DNA from: a virus
Direction: 5' to 3' (one strand)
Virus genome (UHGV): UHGV-1586583
Length of the DNA: 39,678 nucleotides
The translations under genes and the position numbers were made by a program. Shown here in pieces: positions 22,015 to 30,208 of this stretch. Each line of letters begins with the position of its first letter. The stretch's first letter is position 1. Under the pieces are notes generated by a model. The model made no database searches. It was not told the DNA's origin and saw only the letters and a list, made by a program, of their open reading frames with translations.

Positions 22015-22259
22015 AAAAGCGATACTACACAGTAAAGCATGGGACGCTACGAGCATTACAAGAGTTTGCTGACAAGCATAACGTTGAGGTGCGCAGGGAA
22101 GGGGGAAGTAAAGCTCTGCGCATGTACCGTCCGGACGGAAAATGGCGGACGGTCGTCGATTTCAAAACTAACAGCGTTCCCCAGGGCGTCCGCGATCGGG
22201 CATTCGAGGAATGGGAGCAGATCATCATAGATAACGCATTGCTCCTGAATGCTGATTAA
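22011..22259 (+). CDS. lxc: Lxc/Bof-like C1 co-repressor
   Basis: 82-codon ORF with a TTG start, overlapping the stop of the upstream gene. This matches my recollection of P1 bof/lxc, but it was not verified by alignment. Confidence 0.4.
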   Translation: MKKRYYTVKHGTLRALQEFADKHNVEVRREGGSKALRMYRPDGKWRTVVDFKTNSVPQGVRDRAFEEWEQIIIDNALLLNAD

Positions 22260-22263
22260 GAAC

Positions 22264-22292
22264 TCTCCGGCCTAGGGAGATTAGGCCGGAGA
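22264..22292. terminator. Hairpin between convergent lxc and the SIR2-like gene, candidate bidirectional terminator
   Basis: TCTCCGGCC-(11 nt loop)-GGCCGGAGA inverted repeat at the boundary where base composition switches to AT-rich. No clean T-run on either side. Confidence 0.4.
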
Positions 22293-22300
22293 TAAATATA

Positions 22301-23605
22301 CTATATAAACTTAGATATAATATCGTGAATCTGTTGTAGCGGGATTTCTTCCATCTTACTCTTAATAAGAGAGCGGTTAGATGCTGTCAGTGAAGGCCAT
22401 TTTGTTTTCCAGGCTAGATATGCTCGCCATGAGTAGCCTGTTTCGTAAGGTTTATTCATATAAGTCATTGAGTGTTCAACCGCATGTATGTATTTTTTCT
22501 CAAAGTTGGTTCCTTTTACTTCAAATAAACTACCGAAATAAATAAGCCATTTTGCCAGGTGTTCATACTGCTCCCATGCGCCAGACTCTTTAGTAAGATC
22601 TATTTTTTTATCTATTATATCACAAAAAACATTTAATACCTTTTCATCATTCCAGCTATATCCAGATGATGAAATGGAGGAAATGATATGATAAAAAGAA
22701 TCCTCTAACTTCAAGAACTCTATTTTATACTCTCTTCCGTTTTTTATTACCGATTTGATTGAGTGCCTCAATTTGTCTTTTATTTTTTTTGCTTCTGGAA
22801 TTTTCTTGTTAAGTTTTCTAAAGAAATCAGACACCTCTGTTTTATCTATAACCCTAATCCCAAAGCAGGAAAAATAGTAATCTTTAATAGGTTGCAATAG
22901 TTTCCCTCGGGAAATAAGGAAAATATTGGAGGACATTACGTTGTCCCGTGAAAATACCTTATATTCATTTATAATCGCCTTGAGGTTCGCGTCACTTAGA
23001 GAATAGCCAAGAATAACAATAGTGTTTTCATGTAGAACTGTGCTTAGTTTATTTGAAAAGTAAGAATTACCATTTATAAATCTGAAATAATCCTCGCTAG
23101 TAACAACCATATCTGATGGGGAGTCTATAGAGCCGTGAACATGGTAGACTTTAACCTCACAATTATATTTTGGAATTGGCAGGCCGGGGGTGATTGTACA
23201 CGTTCGATTCTCTCCAGCCAGTTTTTCTGCTAACTTGTCATAATTTGTCGTAATTACTTTAAATGTGTTTTCTTTGAAAAAGTCTTGAATATATTCAATT
23301 GATGGATCAAGTTCGATTGAGGCTATGATTTTCTCAATCTCCTGGTAAATATTTTTCCCCGAAAGTATAAATTTTAGTGCAATAACCTGAGCAGCCTCTT
23401 CAAGGCTAAGGTCTTTTGCTTTTCCATCAGGAAATAATTCCTCTTTGAGTGAGTCACCATCCTTCAATAAACCGCACAGTTGCTCCAATAAAGATTGCCA
23501 ACTTGGGGCTTTATCATCAGAAACAGCCTTTGAAAATCCAGTGCCTGTAAGAAAGCACAGCCTATGTGTAGCTGCTGCATAGGCAATTTCTATATACTCG
23601 CTCAT
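22301..23605 (-). CDS. SIR2-like (sirtuin-fold NADase) domain protein with uncharacterized C-terminal domain; candidate anti-phage defense effector
   Basis: 434 aa. N-terminal region carries the defense-type SIR2 hallmarks: Gly-rich loop CFLTGTGFSKAV, VITTNYD (N121) and YHVHGS (H157), then VILGYSLSD. The C-terminal 200 aa or so has no motif I recognise. The gene is strongly AT-rich against its neighbours, has its own GGAG ribosome-binding site, and occupies the position of the P1 res/mod genes. Confidence 0.7.
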   Translation of the reverse strand: MSEYIEIAYAAATHRLCFLTGTGFSKAVSDDKAPSWQSLLEQLCGLLKDGDSLKEELFPDGKAKDLSLEEAAQVIALKFILSGKNIYQEIEKIIASIELDPSIEYIQDFFKENTFKVITTNYDKLAEKLAGENRTCTITPGLPIPKYNCEVKVYHVHGSIDSPSDMVVTSEDYFRFINGNSYFSNKLSTVLHENTIVILGYSLSDANLKAIINEYKVFSRDNVMSSNIFLISRGKLLQPIKDYYFSCFGIRVIDKTEVSDFFRKLNKKIPEAKKIKDKLRHSIKSVIKNGREYKIEFLKLEDSFYHIISSISSSGYSWNDEKVLNVFCDIIDKKIDLTKESGAWEQYEHLAKWLIYFGSLFEVKGTNFEKKYIHAVEHSMTYMNKPYETGYSWRAYLAWKTKWPSLTASNRSLIKSKMEEIPLQQIHDIISKFI

Positions 23606-23661
23606 TACTTACTCCATTTACTTATAGTTCTACGGAGAAGTATACCCTAATGCATTGACGT

Positions 23662-24303
23662 TTATAGATAATTTCCTTTTCCTGTTAATACTCCCTTAGG
23701 CACCTGTTTTTGTGCCAGCGTTTGGGTTCCGCGAATTATGTTAATCAGAGGGCTTAGTAACGATGGTTCCTGGCGTGCCTCAACTTCTCCAGCCATTGCC
23801 CTGATGTAGTCTGCGCTGGCAACGTTGTTGTATTCCGTCGCAAAGCAACAGAGTAACGTCAGAACATGCTCTGTCGTTATTTCGCTCCAGTTGATGTTGA
23901 AAAATTCATCGCCTTTTTTATCGTGTTCGGAATCGAAGATGCTTTGGTGGAGGATGTATTTGCCGGATTCCTTGCGCGGTAACTTGATTGCTTTCTGGCG
24001 TTCCAGCTCCTTATAAATCTGCATGGCCTCAATTAGTACCGGCCTGCCGTTCATGAAGGGATCGCGCAACCTTACACGCTGGCCAACTCGACCAGTAATA
24101 AAGCTGTTTTCCTCTTCCACCAGCACGATAAAACCCTTTTCCTCTTTTTCTCGCAATTCGCGCAGCAGCTGGAGTTCCATATCGCGGCGGCGTTCAGGGT
24201 AGCTGGTCCGCTCAGCCATTATCAGCTCGTTGTTGATCCATGCAGCAGTCATTGACGCCGGTTTACCGACGCTCATCGAAACAACGCATATTTTCTTATC
24301 CAT
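23662..24303 (-). CDS. mat: Mat-like particle maturation protein
   Basis: ORF between ref and the SIR2-like gene. Preferred start is the ATG at 24303 with SD AGGGG; the track gives a GTG at 24330. Assigned by position relative to ref. Confidence 0.45.
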   Translation of the reverse strand: MDKKICVVSMSVGKPASMTAAWINNELIMAERTSYPERRRDMELQLLRELREKEEKGFIVLVEEENSFITGRVGQRVRLRDPFMNGRPVLIEAMQIYKELERQKAIKLPRKESGKYILHQSIFDSEHDKKGDEFFNINWSEITTEHVLTLLCCFATEYNNVASADYIRAMAGEVEARQEPSLLSPLINIIRGTQTLAQKQVPKGVLTGKGNYL

Positions 24304-24491
24304 AGCGCCCCTACAAAAAAGAAAAGCCACCAGCGGCGGCTTAGCAATACAACTGAAGGTAGCGCCCGGTACTCAGACTGTGCCGTCCATGGAATATTTG
24401 AAAAGGGATCCATCCGTACCGGGCATGTGATGATTCTGACTGAAGTCACTTGTCAGTTGTCAATTATTTCAGATTAAAAATAATATATTTA

Positions 24492-25052
24492 TTAGTGCAT
24501 GATGTTTGCCATCTCATAGGCGTCAGCCAGCAACTCCATCTCTGACTTGTTCAGCAAGGTGAATTCTTTCTTGCCTCCAACCACACCATCGGCATGAACA
24601 GGGACCAGCCAGGGGTATTTTTCTCTTACTTCAGCCGGTGCTGCATGCTGGTGGTGCCATCTACAAAGTGGCAACTGCTTTTTGTGACAACCCGGCGCGG
24701 TACGACCGGAGATATGGTGCAGAGACACCTCTTCAGATATTACTCCATGCATATAGCAGGCAATGCAGGGGAGAGCGCCAAGAGCATTGGCTATGCGCCG
24801 TTCCTCCGCCGTCGGTGTTCGTCCCTTCAAGCCACGAGATTTTATTTTTACCGCACTTTTCCGCGTTTTGCTGGCTGGTGGGCGCTCTTTCTGTTTAGCG
24901 ATACGGCGGTCGATAGAATCCCGCATTTTCTGATATTGCGATTCTCGCCAGGCGGGGTCAGCCAACTTTTCCCGTTGCCGAGCGATCGCTCGTTCTCTGG
25001 CTGCCTTCTGCCACTCGCGGCGCTGTTCAAGTTTTTGTTCGATTGTTTTCAT
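24492..25052 (-). CDS. ref: Ref, HNH-family recombination-enhancement endonuclease
   Basis: 186 aa with a basic N-terminal region and HNH-like core (CIACYMHG...SLHHISGRTAPGCHKKQLPLCRWHHQ), matching my recollection of P1 Ref. Confidence 0.8.
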   Translation of the reverse strand: MKTIEQKLEQRREWQKAARERAIARQREKLADPAWRESQYQKMRDSIDRRIAKQKERPPASKTRKSAVKIKSRGLKGRTPTAEERRIANALGALPCIACYMHGVISEEVSLHHISGRTAPGCHKKQLPLCRWHHQHAAPAEVREKYPWLVPVHADGVVGGKKEFTLLNKSEMELLADAYEMANIMH

Positions 25053-25057
25053 ATGGC

Positions 25058-25084
25058 AAAAAAAAAGGCGGCCTAATGGCCGCC
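25058..25084 (-). terminator. Hairpin plus T9 run in the ref leader, terminator or attenuator-like
   Basis: On the minus strand, GGCGGCC-ATTA-GGCCGCC is followed by nine T residues, ending 5 nt before the ref ATG. Confidence 0.45.
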
Positions 25085-25151
25085 AATGATGTCAAGGAGT
25101 TAAGTAATGGCAACGTCTTCGTAGTTGACAAAAACTGCGGCTTAATTATAG

Positions 25152-25168
25152 CAATCAATTAGAGCAAT
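25152..25168 (-). promoter_or_regulatory. C1 operator upstream of ref (ATTGCTCTAATTGATTG), with an overlapping second partial copy
   Basis: 14 of 17 match to the consensus; an adjacent ATTGCTATAATTAAG (about 25139..25155) gives a tandem arrangement, as for the P1 ref operators Op2a/Op2b. Confidence 0.6.
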
Positions 25169-25299
25169 GGTAGATATTTTGTTAATCGCGAATCACATTT
25201 TTTCACTTCAGTACCTGTGTGCTATACTCCTTCTTGATTGATTGGATGCGGAATACAAACCCGCTCTTTTGTGCAGCCTGGCTCCTTGCCAGGCTTTTT

Positions 25300-25611
25300 T
25301 TATTTCATCATGGAAGCTGTTAACGCTTTGGATCTTGCTGAACTGATTGAAAGGGCATTGTTTACCTTACCCAGGAGTTCGCCAAATTCCACCATCACTC
25401 TAGTAAGCCCGCGCCGCGCTTCCTCCTCCGTTGCATTCATCACAAAATGTTCAGCACTCCGCATGCTTTTAACGGGGAACGCAACAGATATCGAGTCGAT
25501 ATCAGGCATCCTATCGCTCAACTTTACGGTGACAATGACAGATGGTGACTGAATTTGAGAGCTTACAGACAGCACCACATATTTTCCGTCTATTTTGAAA
25601 TCCTTCCGCAT
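25300..25611 (-). CDS. Small C1-controlled protein between cre and ref
   Basis: 103-aa ORF with SD GGTGA upstream of the ATG and a C1 operator 17 bp upstream. Preferred over the overlapping plus-strand ORF 25238..25552. Confidence 0.45.
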   Translation of the reverse strand: MRKDFKIDGKYVVLSVSSQIQSPSVIVTVKLSDRMPDIDSISVAFPVKSMRSAEHFVMNATEEEARRGLTRVMVEFGELLGKVNNALSISSARSKALTASMMK

Positions 25612-25627
25612 GTGTCACCATAAATAT

Positions 25628-25644
25628 CAAATAATTAGAGCAAT
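25628..25644 (-). promoter_or_regulatory. C1 operator (ATTGCTCTAATTATTTG)
   Basis: Operator-consensus match immediately upstream of the 103-aa ORF. Confidence 0.55.
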
Positions 25645-25661
25645 CTGGCGCAAATGAACGG

Positions 25662-26693
25662 CTAATCGCCATCTTCCAGCAGGCGCACCATTGCCCCCGT
25701 TTCACTATCCAGGTTACGAATGTAGTTCATGACAATATTTACGTTGGTCCAGCCACCAGCTTGCATGATCTCCGGTATTGAAACTCCGGCGCGGGCCATA
25801 TCTCGCGCGGCTCCGACACGGGCACTGTGTCCAGACCAGGCCAGGTACCTCTGGCCAGAGTCATCCTTAGCCCCGTAAATCAATCGGTGAGTTGCTTCAA
25901 AAATCCCTTCCAGGGCGCGAGTTGATAGCTGGCTGGTGGCAGATGGCGCGGCAACACCATTTTTTCTGACACGGCAAAACAAGTAGTTATTCGGATCATC
26001 AGCCACACCAGAGACAGAAATCCATCGCTCAACCAGTTTAGTTACCCCCAGACTAAGTGCCTTCTCTACACCAGCGGTGCTAACCAGCGTTTTCGTTCTG
26101 CCAATATGGATTAACATTCTCCCACCGTCAGTACGTGAGATATCTTTAACTCTGATCCTAGAAATTTCGGCTATACGTAACAGGGTGTTATAAGCAATCC
26201 CCAGAAATGCCAGATTACGTATATCCTGGCAGCGATCGCTATTTTCCATGAGTGAACGAACCTGGTCGAAATCAGTGCGTTCGAACGCCAGCGCCTGTTT
26301 TGCACGCTCACCGGCATCAACGTTTTCTTTTCGGATCCGTCGCATGACCAGTGAAACAGCATTGCTGTCACTTGGTCGTGGCAGCCCGGACCGACGATGA
26401 AGCATATTTAGCTGGCCCAAATGTTGCTGGATAGTTTTCACTGCCAGACCGCGCGCCTGAAGATATAGAAGATAATCGCGAACATCTTCAGGTTCTGCGG
26501 GAAACCATTTCCGGTTATTCAACTTGCACCATGCCGCCCACGATCGGCAAACGGACAGAAGCATTTTCCAGGTATGCTCAGAAAACGCCTGGCGATCCCT
26601 GAACATGTCCATCAGGTTCTTGCGAACCTCATCACTCGTTGCATCGACCGGTAATGCAGGCAAATTTTGGTGTACGGTCAGTAAATTGGACAT
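25662..26693 (-). CDS. cre: Cre tyrosine site-specific recombinase
   Basis: 343-aa protein beginning MSNLLTVHQNLPALPVDATSDEVRKNLMDMFRDRQAFSEHTWKMLLSVCRSWAAWCKL... and ending ...RLLEDGD, which I recognise as Cre. loxP lies about 420 bp upstream. Confidence 0.97.
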   Translation of the reverse strand: MSNLLTVHQNLPALPVDATSDEVRKNLMDMFRDRQAFSEHTWKMLLSVCRSWAAWCKLNNRKWFPAEPEDVRDYLLYLQARGLAVKTIQQHLGQLNMLHRRSGLPRPSDSNAVSLVMRRIRKENVDAGERAKQALAFERTDFDQVRSLMENSDRCQDIRNLAFLGIAYNTLLRIAEISRIRVKDISRTDGGRMLIHIGRTKTLVSTAGVEKALSLGVTKLVERWISVSGVADDPNNYLFCRVRKNGVAAPSATSQLSTRALEGIFEATHRLIYGAKDDSGQRYLAWSGHSARVGAARDMARAGVSIPEIMQAGGWTNVNIVMNYIRNLDSETGAMVRLLEDGD

Positions 26694-26700
26694 TTAACAC

Positions 26701-26922
26701 TCAGATAATGGTTTTAAGTAAAGTGTACAGGATCGGCTCTGCCTTTACCTGTTTATGGTTCTCGTCATAGAAACGCCAGCGACCGCGCGTGCGTTCTATT
26801 TTCTCTTCACCGCGCGATAATGACAGTTGACAACTATCACGATCAAACCCTTTTGCCCGCCAGTAACCACGGTTTTTCTCAAGCTCAATATGAGTGGACA
26901 CTTTAGCAGCTGAATATCCCAT
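26701..26922 (-). CDS. Small ORF between loxP and cre
   Basis: 73-aa ORF with a strong SD (GAGGTG 5 nt before the ATG), ending 8 nt before the cre start. Confidence 0.35.
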   Translation of the reverse strand: MGYSAAKVSTHIELEKNRGYWRAKGFDRDSCQLSLSRGEEKIERTRGRWRFYDENHKQVKAEPILYTLLKTII

Positions 26923-27018
26923 TTTTCACCTCTGATTGATTGGTGGTGCTAAGTGCGCTACGCGAAATCTGGAGCACTAACACTGCCAACATTTCACAGA
27001 TTTTACGTAGCGCAACCT

Positions 27019-27040
27019 TGATCAAATGATCAAGTGATCA
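27019..27040. promoter_or_regulatory. Cluster of three TGATCA (Dam GATC) hexamers upstream of cre
   Basis: TTGATCAAATGATCAAGTGATCAC: three TGATCA at 8-bp spacing, with a fourth at 27087..27092. Confidence 0.5.
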
Positions 27041-27110
27041 CTATTTGACCTGATAAGGTATTGAACTGTATGGATTTACAGGTAAATTGATCATGTTCAA
27101 TAACCCTTAA

Positions 27111-27144
27111 GATAACTTCGTATAATGTATGCTATACGAAGTTA
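27111..27144 (+). other. loxP recombination site
   Basis: Exact 34-bp ATAACTTCGTATA-ATGTATGC-TATACGAAGTTAT: 13-bp inverted repeats flanking the 8-bp asymmetric spacer. Confidence 0.98.
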
Positions 27145-27188
27145 TTAGGTCTGAAGAGGAGTTTACGTCCAGCTGCGCATAAAAATCA

Positions 27189-27205
27189 AGAATTATTAGA
27201 GCAAT
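27189..27205 (-). promoter_or_regulatory. C1 operator (ATTGCTCTAATAATTCT) in the c1/coi control region
   Basis: 15 of 17 match to the consensus, in the regulatory region upstream of coi/c1. Confidence 0.6.
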
Positions 27206-27271
27206 AAATTTTGAGAGAATAATCCCACTCCACCAGCCAAAAACTGGATTGTTTTTCATAGTTGTTTGACA

Positions 27272-27288
27272 ATTGCTCTAATAAATTA
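27272..27288 (+). promoter_or_regulatory. C1 operator (ATTGCTCTAATAAATTA), near-consensus
   Basis: 16 of 17 match to ATTGCTCTAATAAATTT. Confidence 0.7.
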
Positions 27289-27526
27289 TAGTTTTGCCGC
27301 CGTTTCGTAATACGACTTTGGATTCACTATTTAATGTGTCTTCAGCGTTGTAGAGCGGCTCAGAAGGAAATGAGCAAACAGGGAAACCTTATACAACGGC
27401 ATTACAGCTATGCATTGCTCATCTTACACACAGCGCAATGTTGTTAGATTACCCCAGCATGGATCATGGGTGAAACAGTAGGTCAGAGCTTCAGGCTCTG
27501 TGTTGTCAATACAGTGAGGCATAATT

Positions 27527-27736
27527 ATGGCTTTCATTCCACCAACCATCGACGACGTTAGACATTGCTCTAACGCTTTATCTGTAGACCCCGCCGAAAC
27601 CGACGCTGCCCGCGCCATTGCTGAACACTACTCAAAGATATCCAATCAGGAGTACCGCATCACCCAAGACGACCTGGATGATCTCACTGACACAATCGAA
27701 TATCTCATGGCCACTAACCAGCCAGACTCACAATAA
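27527..27736 (+). CDS. coi: Coi, C1 inactivator
   Basis: 69-aa ORF immediately upstream of c1, with an operator-like sequence over its 5' end; size and position match P1 coi. Confidence 0.65.
   Translation: MAFIPPTIDDVRHCSNALSVDPAETDAARAIAEHYSKISNQEYRITQDDLDDLTDTIEYLMATNQPDSQ
27564..27580 (+). promoter_or_regulatory. C1 operator-like site (ATTGCTCTAACGCTTTA) within the coi 5' region
   Basis: 13 of 17 match, retaining the ATTGCTCTAA core. Confidence 0.45.
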
Positions 27737-27752
27737 ATGCACTAATAAATCT
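27736..27752 (+). promoter_or_regulatory. Degenerate C1 operator-like site (AATGCACTAATAAATCT) between coi and c1
   Basis: 14 of 17 match to the consensus. Confidence 0.35.
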
Positions 27753-27781
27753 ATTATTTTCGTTGGATCCTTCTATAATGG

Positions 27782-27824
27782 TGGCCAACAACTCCCAGTG
27801 TAATCCGCTGTGAGTTGTTGGCCA
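27782..27824 (+). other. Perfect 13-bp inverted repeat in the coi-c1 intergenic leader
   Basis: TGGCCAACAACTC-(17 nt)-GAGTTGTTGGCCA, located 22 bp upstream of the c1 ATG. No T-run follows. Confidence 0.5.
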
Positions 27825-27846
27825 TGTCAATTCTGGAGGAGGATCA

Positions 27847-28698
27847 ATGATAAATTATGTCTACGGCGAACAACTGTACCAGGAGTTCGTCAGCTTCAGG
27901 GATCTCTTTCTAAAAAAAGCTGTTGCACGCGCCCAACACGTTGATGCCGCCAGCGACGGTCGTCCTGTTCGCCCGGTTGTCGTTCTGCCGTTCAAAGAAA
28001 CGGACAGCATTCAGGCTGAAATTGATAAATGGACTTTAATGGCGCGGGAACTGGAACAGTACCCAGACCTCAATATCCCAAAGACTATTTTATATCCAGT
28101 GCCTAACATCCTTCGCGGTGTGCGTAAGGTTACTACTTATCAGACAGAAGCTGTGAACAGCGTCAACATGACCGCTGGCCGCATTATTCATCTGATTGAT
28201 AAGGACATTCGCATCCAGAAAAGCGCGGGGATCAATGAGCACAGTGCGAAATACATAGAGAACCTGGAAGCAACAAAAGAGCTAATGAAGCAGTACCCGG
28301 AGGATGAAAAATTCCGTATGCGTGTACACGGCTTTAGCGAAACAATGCTGCGCGTCCATTACATTTCCAGTAGCCCTAACTACAATGATGGTAAATCAGT
28401 TAGTTACCATGTGCCGCTGTGTGGTGTGTTTATCTGCGATGAAACTCTCCGTGATGGAATCATCATCAACGGTGAATTCGAGAAAGCAAAATTTAGCCTT
28501 TATGACTCTATAGAACCGATCATCTGCGACCGCTGGCCGCAGGCAAAAATATATCGCCTGGCAGATATTGAAAATGTAAAAAAACAAATTGCCATCACTC
28601 GCGAAGAGAAAAAGGTCAAATCAGCCGCATCAGTTACGCGCAGCCGTAAAACTAAGAAGGGGCAGCCAGTAAACAGCAACCCCGAAAGCGCGCAATAG
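27847..28698 (+). CDS. c1: C1 repressor of lytic functions
   Basis: 283-aa protein (MINYVYGEQLYQEFVSFRDLFLKKAVARAQ...), matching the length and sequence I recall for P1 C1, adjacent to coi and loxP. Confidence 0.9.
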   Translation: MINYVYGEQLYQEFVSFRDLFLKKAVARAQHVDAASDGRPVRPVVVLPFKETDSIQAEIDKWTLMARELEQYPDLNIPKTILYPVPNILRGVRKVTTYQTEAVNSVNMTAGRIIHLIDKDIRIQKSAGINEHSAKYIENLEATKELMKQYPEDEKFRMRVHGFSETMLRVHYISSSPNYNDGKSVSYHVPLCGVFICDETLRDGIIINGEFEKAKFSLYDSIEPIICDRWPQAKIYRLADIENVKKQIAITREEKKVKSAASVTRSRKTKKGQPVNSNPESAQ

Positions 28699-28723
28699 TT
28701 TTCCATCCGGCATGGTCAAATTG

Positions 28724-30208
28724 TTATTCATTAAGCCATGCCAGAGCTTCATCAACCTGCGCTTCGTCTTCGACGCTAAGCACTTCATCTTGGGGAACAT
28801 AGTTCGCCAACATAGCGAAACAATATGTATCCCAATGGTCCGGTGAGTGCAGGTTGAGTTTTTTCTTCATATCTTCCTTTGACATCACCTTCCATTGACC
28901 TGCGGAATTTATCCCTACCGGTATCTTTGATGCTTCCTCTATAGTCGCAGCCCCCTTATCAAGCCTCATACGCCCTGATTTTACAGCTTCTGCCGCCTGA
29001 ATATTCGCGAAAGCGCGCATATCGAAATAAAGGCTTTTATCTTCACGGCTGTGCATCTTTTTACCCCAGCGGATACGCTGGACGGTAATGCCATAGCGTT
29101 CGTACATTAGATCAGCCGTCGATTTCCCCAAGCCATCGCCATCAATAGCTATGGTTATGTTCGGGAACCGTTCTGGGTTACATTCTGCGAAAATCTTGGC
29201 GGCTAACTGCGTTTCTGTAACGTCTGTGTATTCCAGCATACGATAGTTGATTACACGGCGTTTATTTCGCTGGCCGGACACCATCATGATATTAATAACG
29301 GACTTATCTCGTCCTGTGCCACCAGCAACGTCAACACATGCAACCCAGCCCCATCCTTTGGCAATCTTGACCTTTCGCCGCGTCGCCCGCTCAACCTCAT
29401 CACGACCAAGAAGAAAGCCATCTTGAGATTTGGGAAATTCACCACGTACTTTGATCATGTACATGGGGTTATCACGACCGCCATACTCCGCAAGTTTTGC
29501 TCGTATAAATTTTGCATCTACAAGCGGAGATTCTTCACTATTCAGTATTATCGCAGTAAACAATCCATCAGGATTTCCCGGGCGAATAGCTAGTCTGTGG
29601 TGTGAATCGTAGAAATAGCCTGAAGGTCGCGTAGGCTGGGAAAGAAGCAGAATACGGTTATCCTTACCGGTCAGCGCACCTGTTATCACACTGAATGCTT
29701 TATCACTCACACCCGACGCTTCGTCGATGATATACAAGAGATGATCGGCGTGTTCACCAGCCAACGCCTCCTCATTTCCGGGGCGACAGGACTTTATCAA
29801 TATTGTCCAAACACCCTTGCCAGTCACCTCAAAAAAAGACGTTTCTGTAAGAATGAAATACTTCGACAACCACGGGAATCTGCTAACAGCAGTAGCCCAA
29901 TTGCTCTTTATGTATTTGAAAATACCATCAAGGACTTGCTGTCTTTTGTTAGCGACCAGAATGACGCGAGCGCCAGGGAAAAACATGATGAAGAGTATTG
30001 CAATGATACTCGTCATATCCGATTTACCAGTACCATGGCCGGAGGTCACACTTGTCCAACTGCCGTCCTGCTGCGTGGACTCAATGATCTCATCCTGCTG
30101 CCAGGTTGGTGTCTTCCCAAACAACACATCAGCGGCCGCAATCCAGTCATAACGATATAGCGCCACCAGCTCGCGCCAACGTGGGTCCGTTACGCAACTT
30201 CTGGCCAT
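28724..30208 (-). CDS. pacB: Pacase (terminase) large subunit PacB
   Basis: 494-aa protein with Walker A SGHGTGKS and Walker B YIIDEAS, start overlapping the pacA stop. Confidence 0.9.

Noticed and set aside
21574-22259. Possible TIR-domain (ThsB-like) partner for the SIR2-like gene among the adjacent small genes
   Set aside because: The 146-aa and 82-aa neighbours are on the opposite strand, have backbone-like composition, and lack the TIR hallmark motifs; they fit ulx/lxc-like backbone genes better.
25238-25552. Plus-strand 104-aa ORF between ref and cre
   Set aside because: It overlaps the minus-strand 103-aa ORF, which has a better ribosome-binding site and a C1 operator positioned upstream; only one is likely real.
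27424-27618. Minus-strand 64-aa ORF across the c1/coi control region
   Set aside because: It overlaps the coi start and the operator/promoter region and is antisense to the immunity genes; no ribosome-binding site.
28699-28745. Imperfect inverted repeat (GGCATGG...CCATGCC) between convergent c1 and pacB as a terminator
   Set aside because: Short stem with a long loop, mostly inside the pacB coding sequence, and no T-run; too weak to call.
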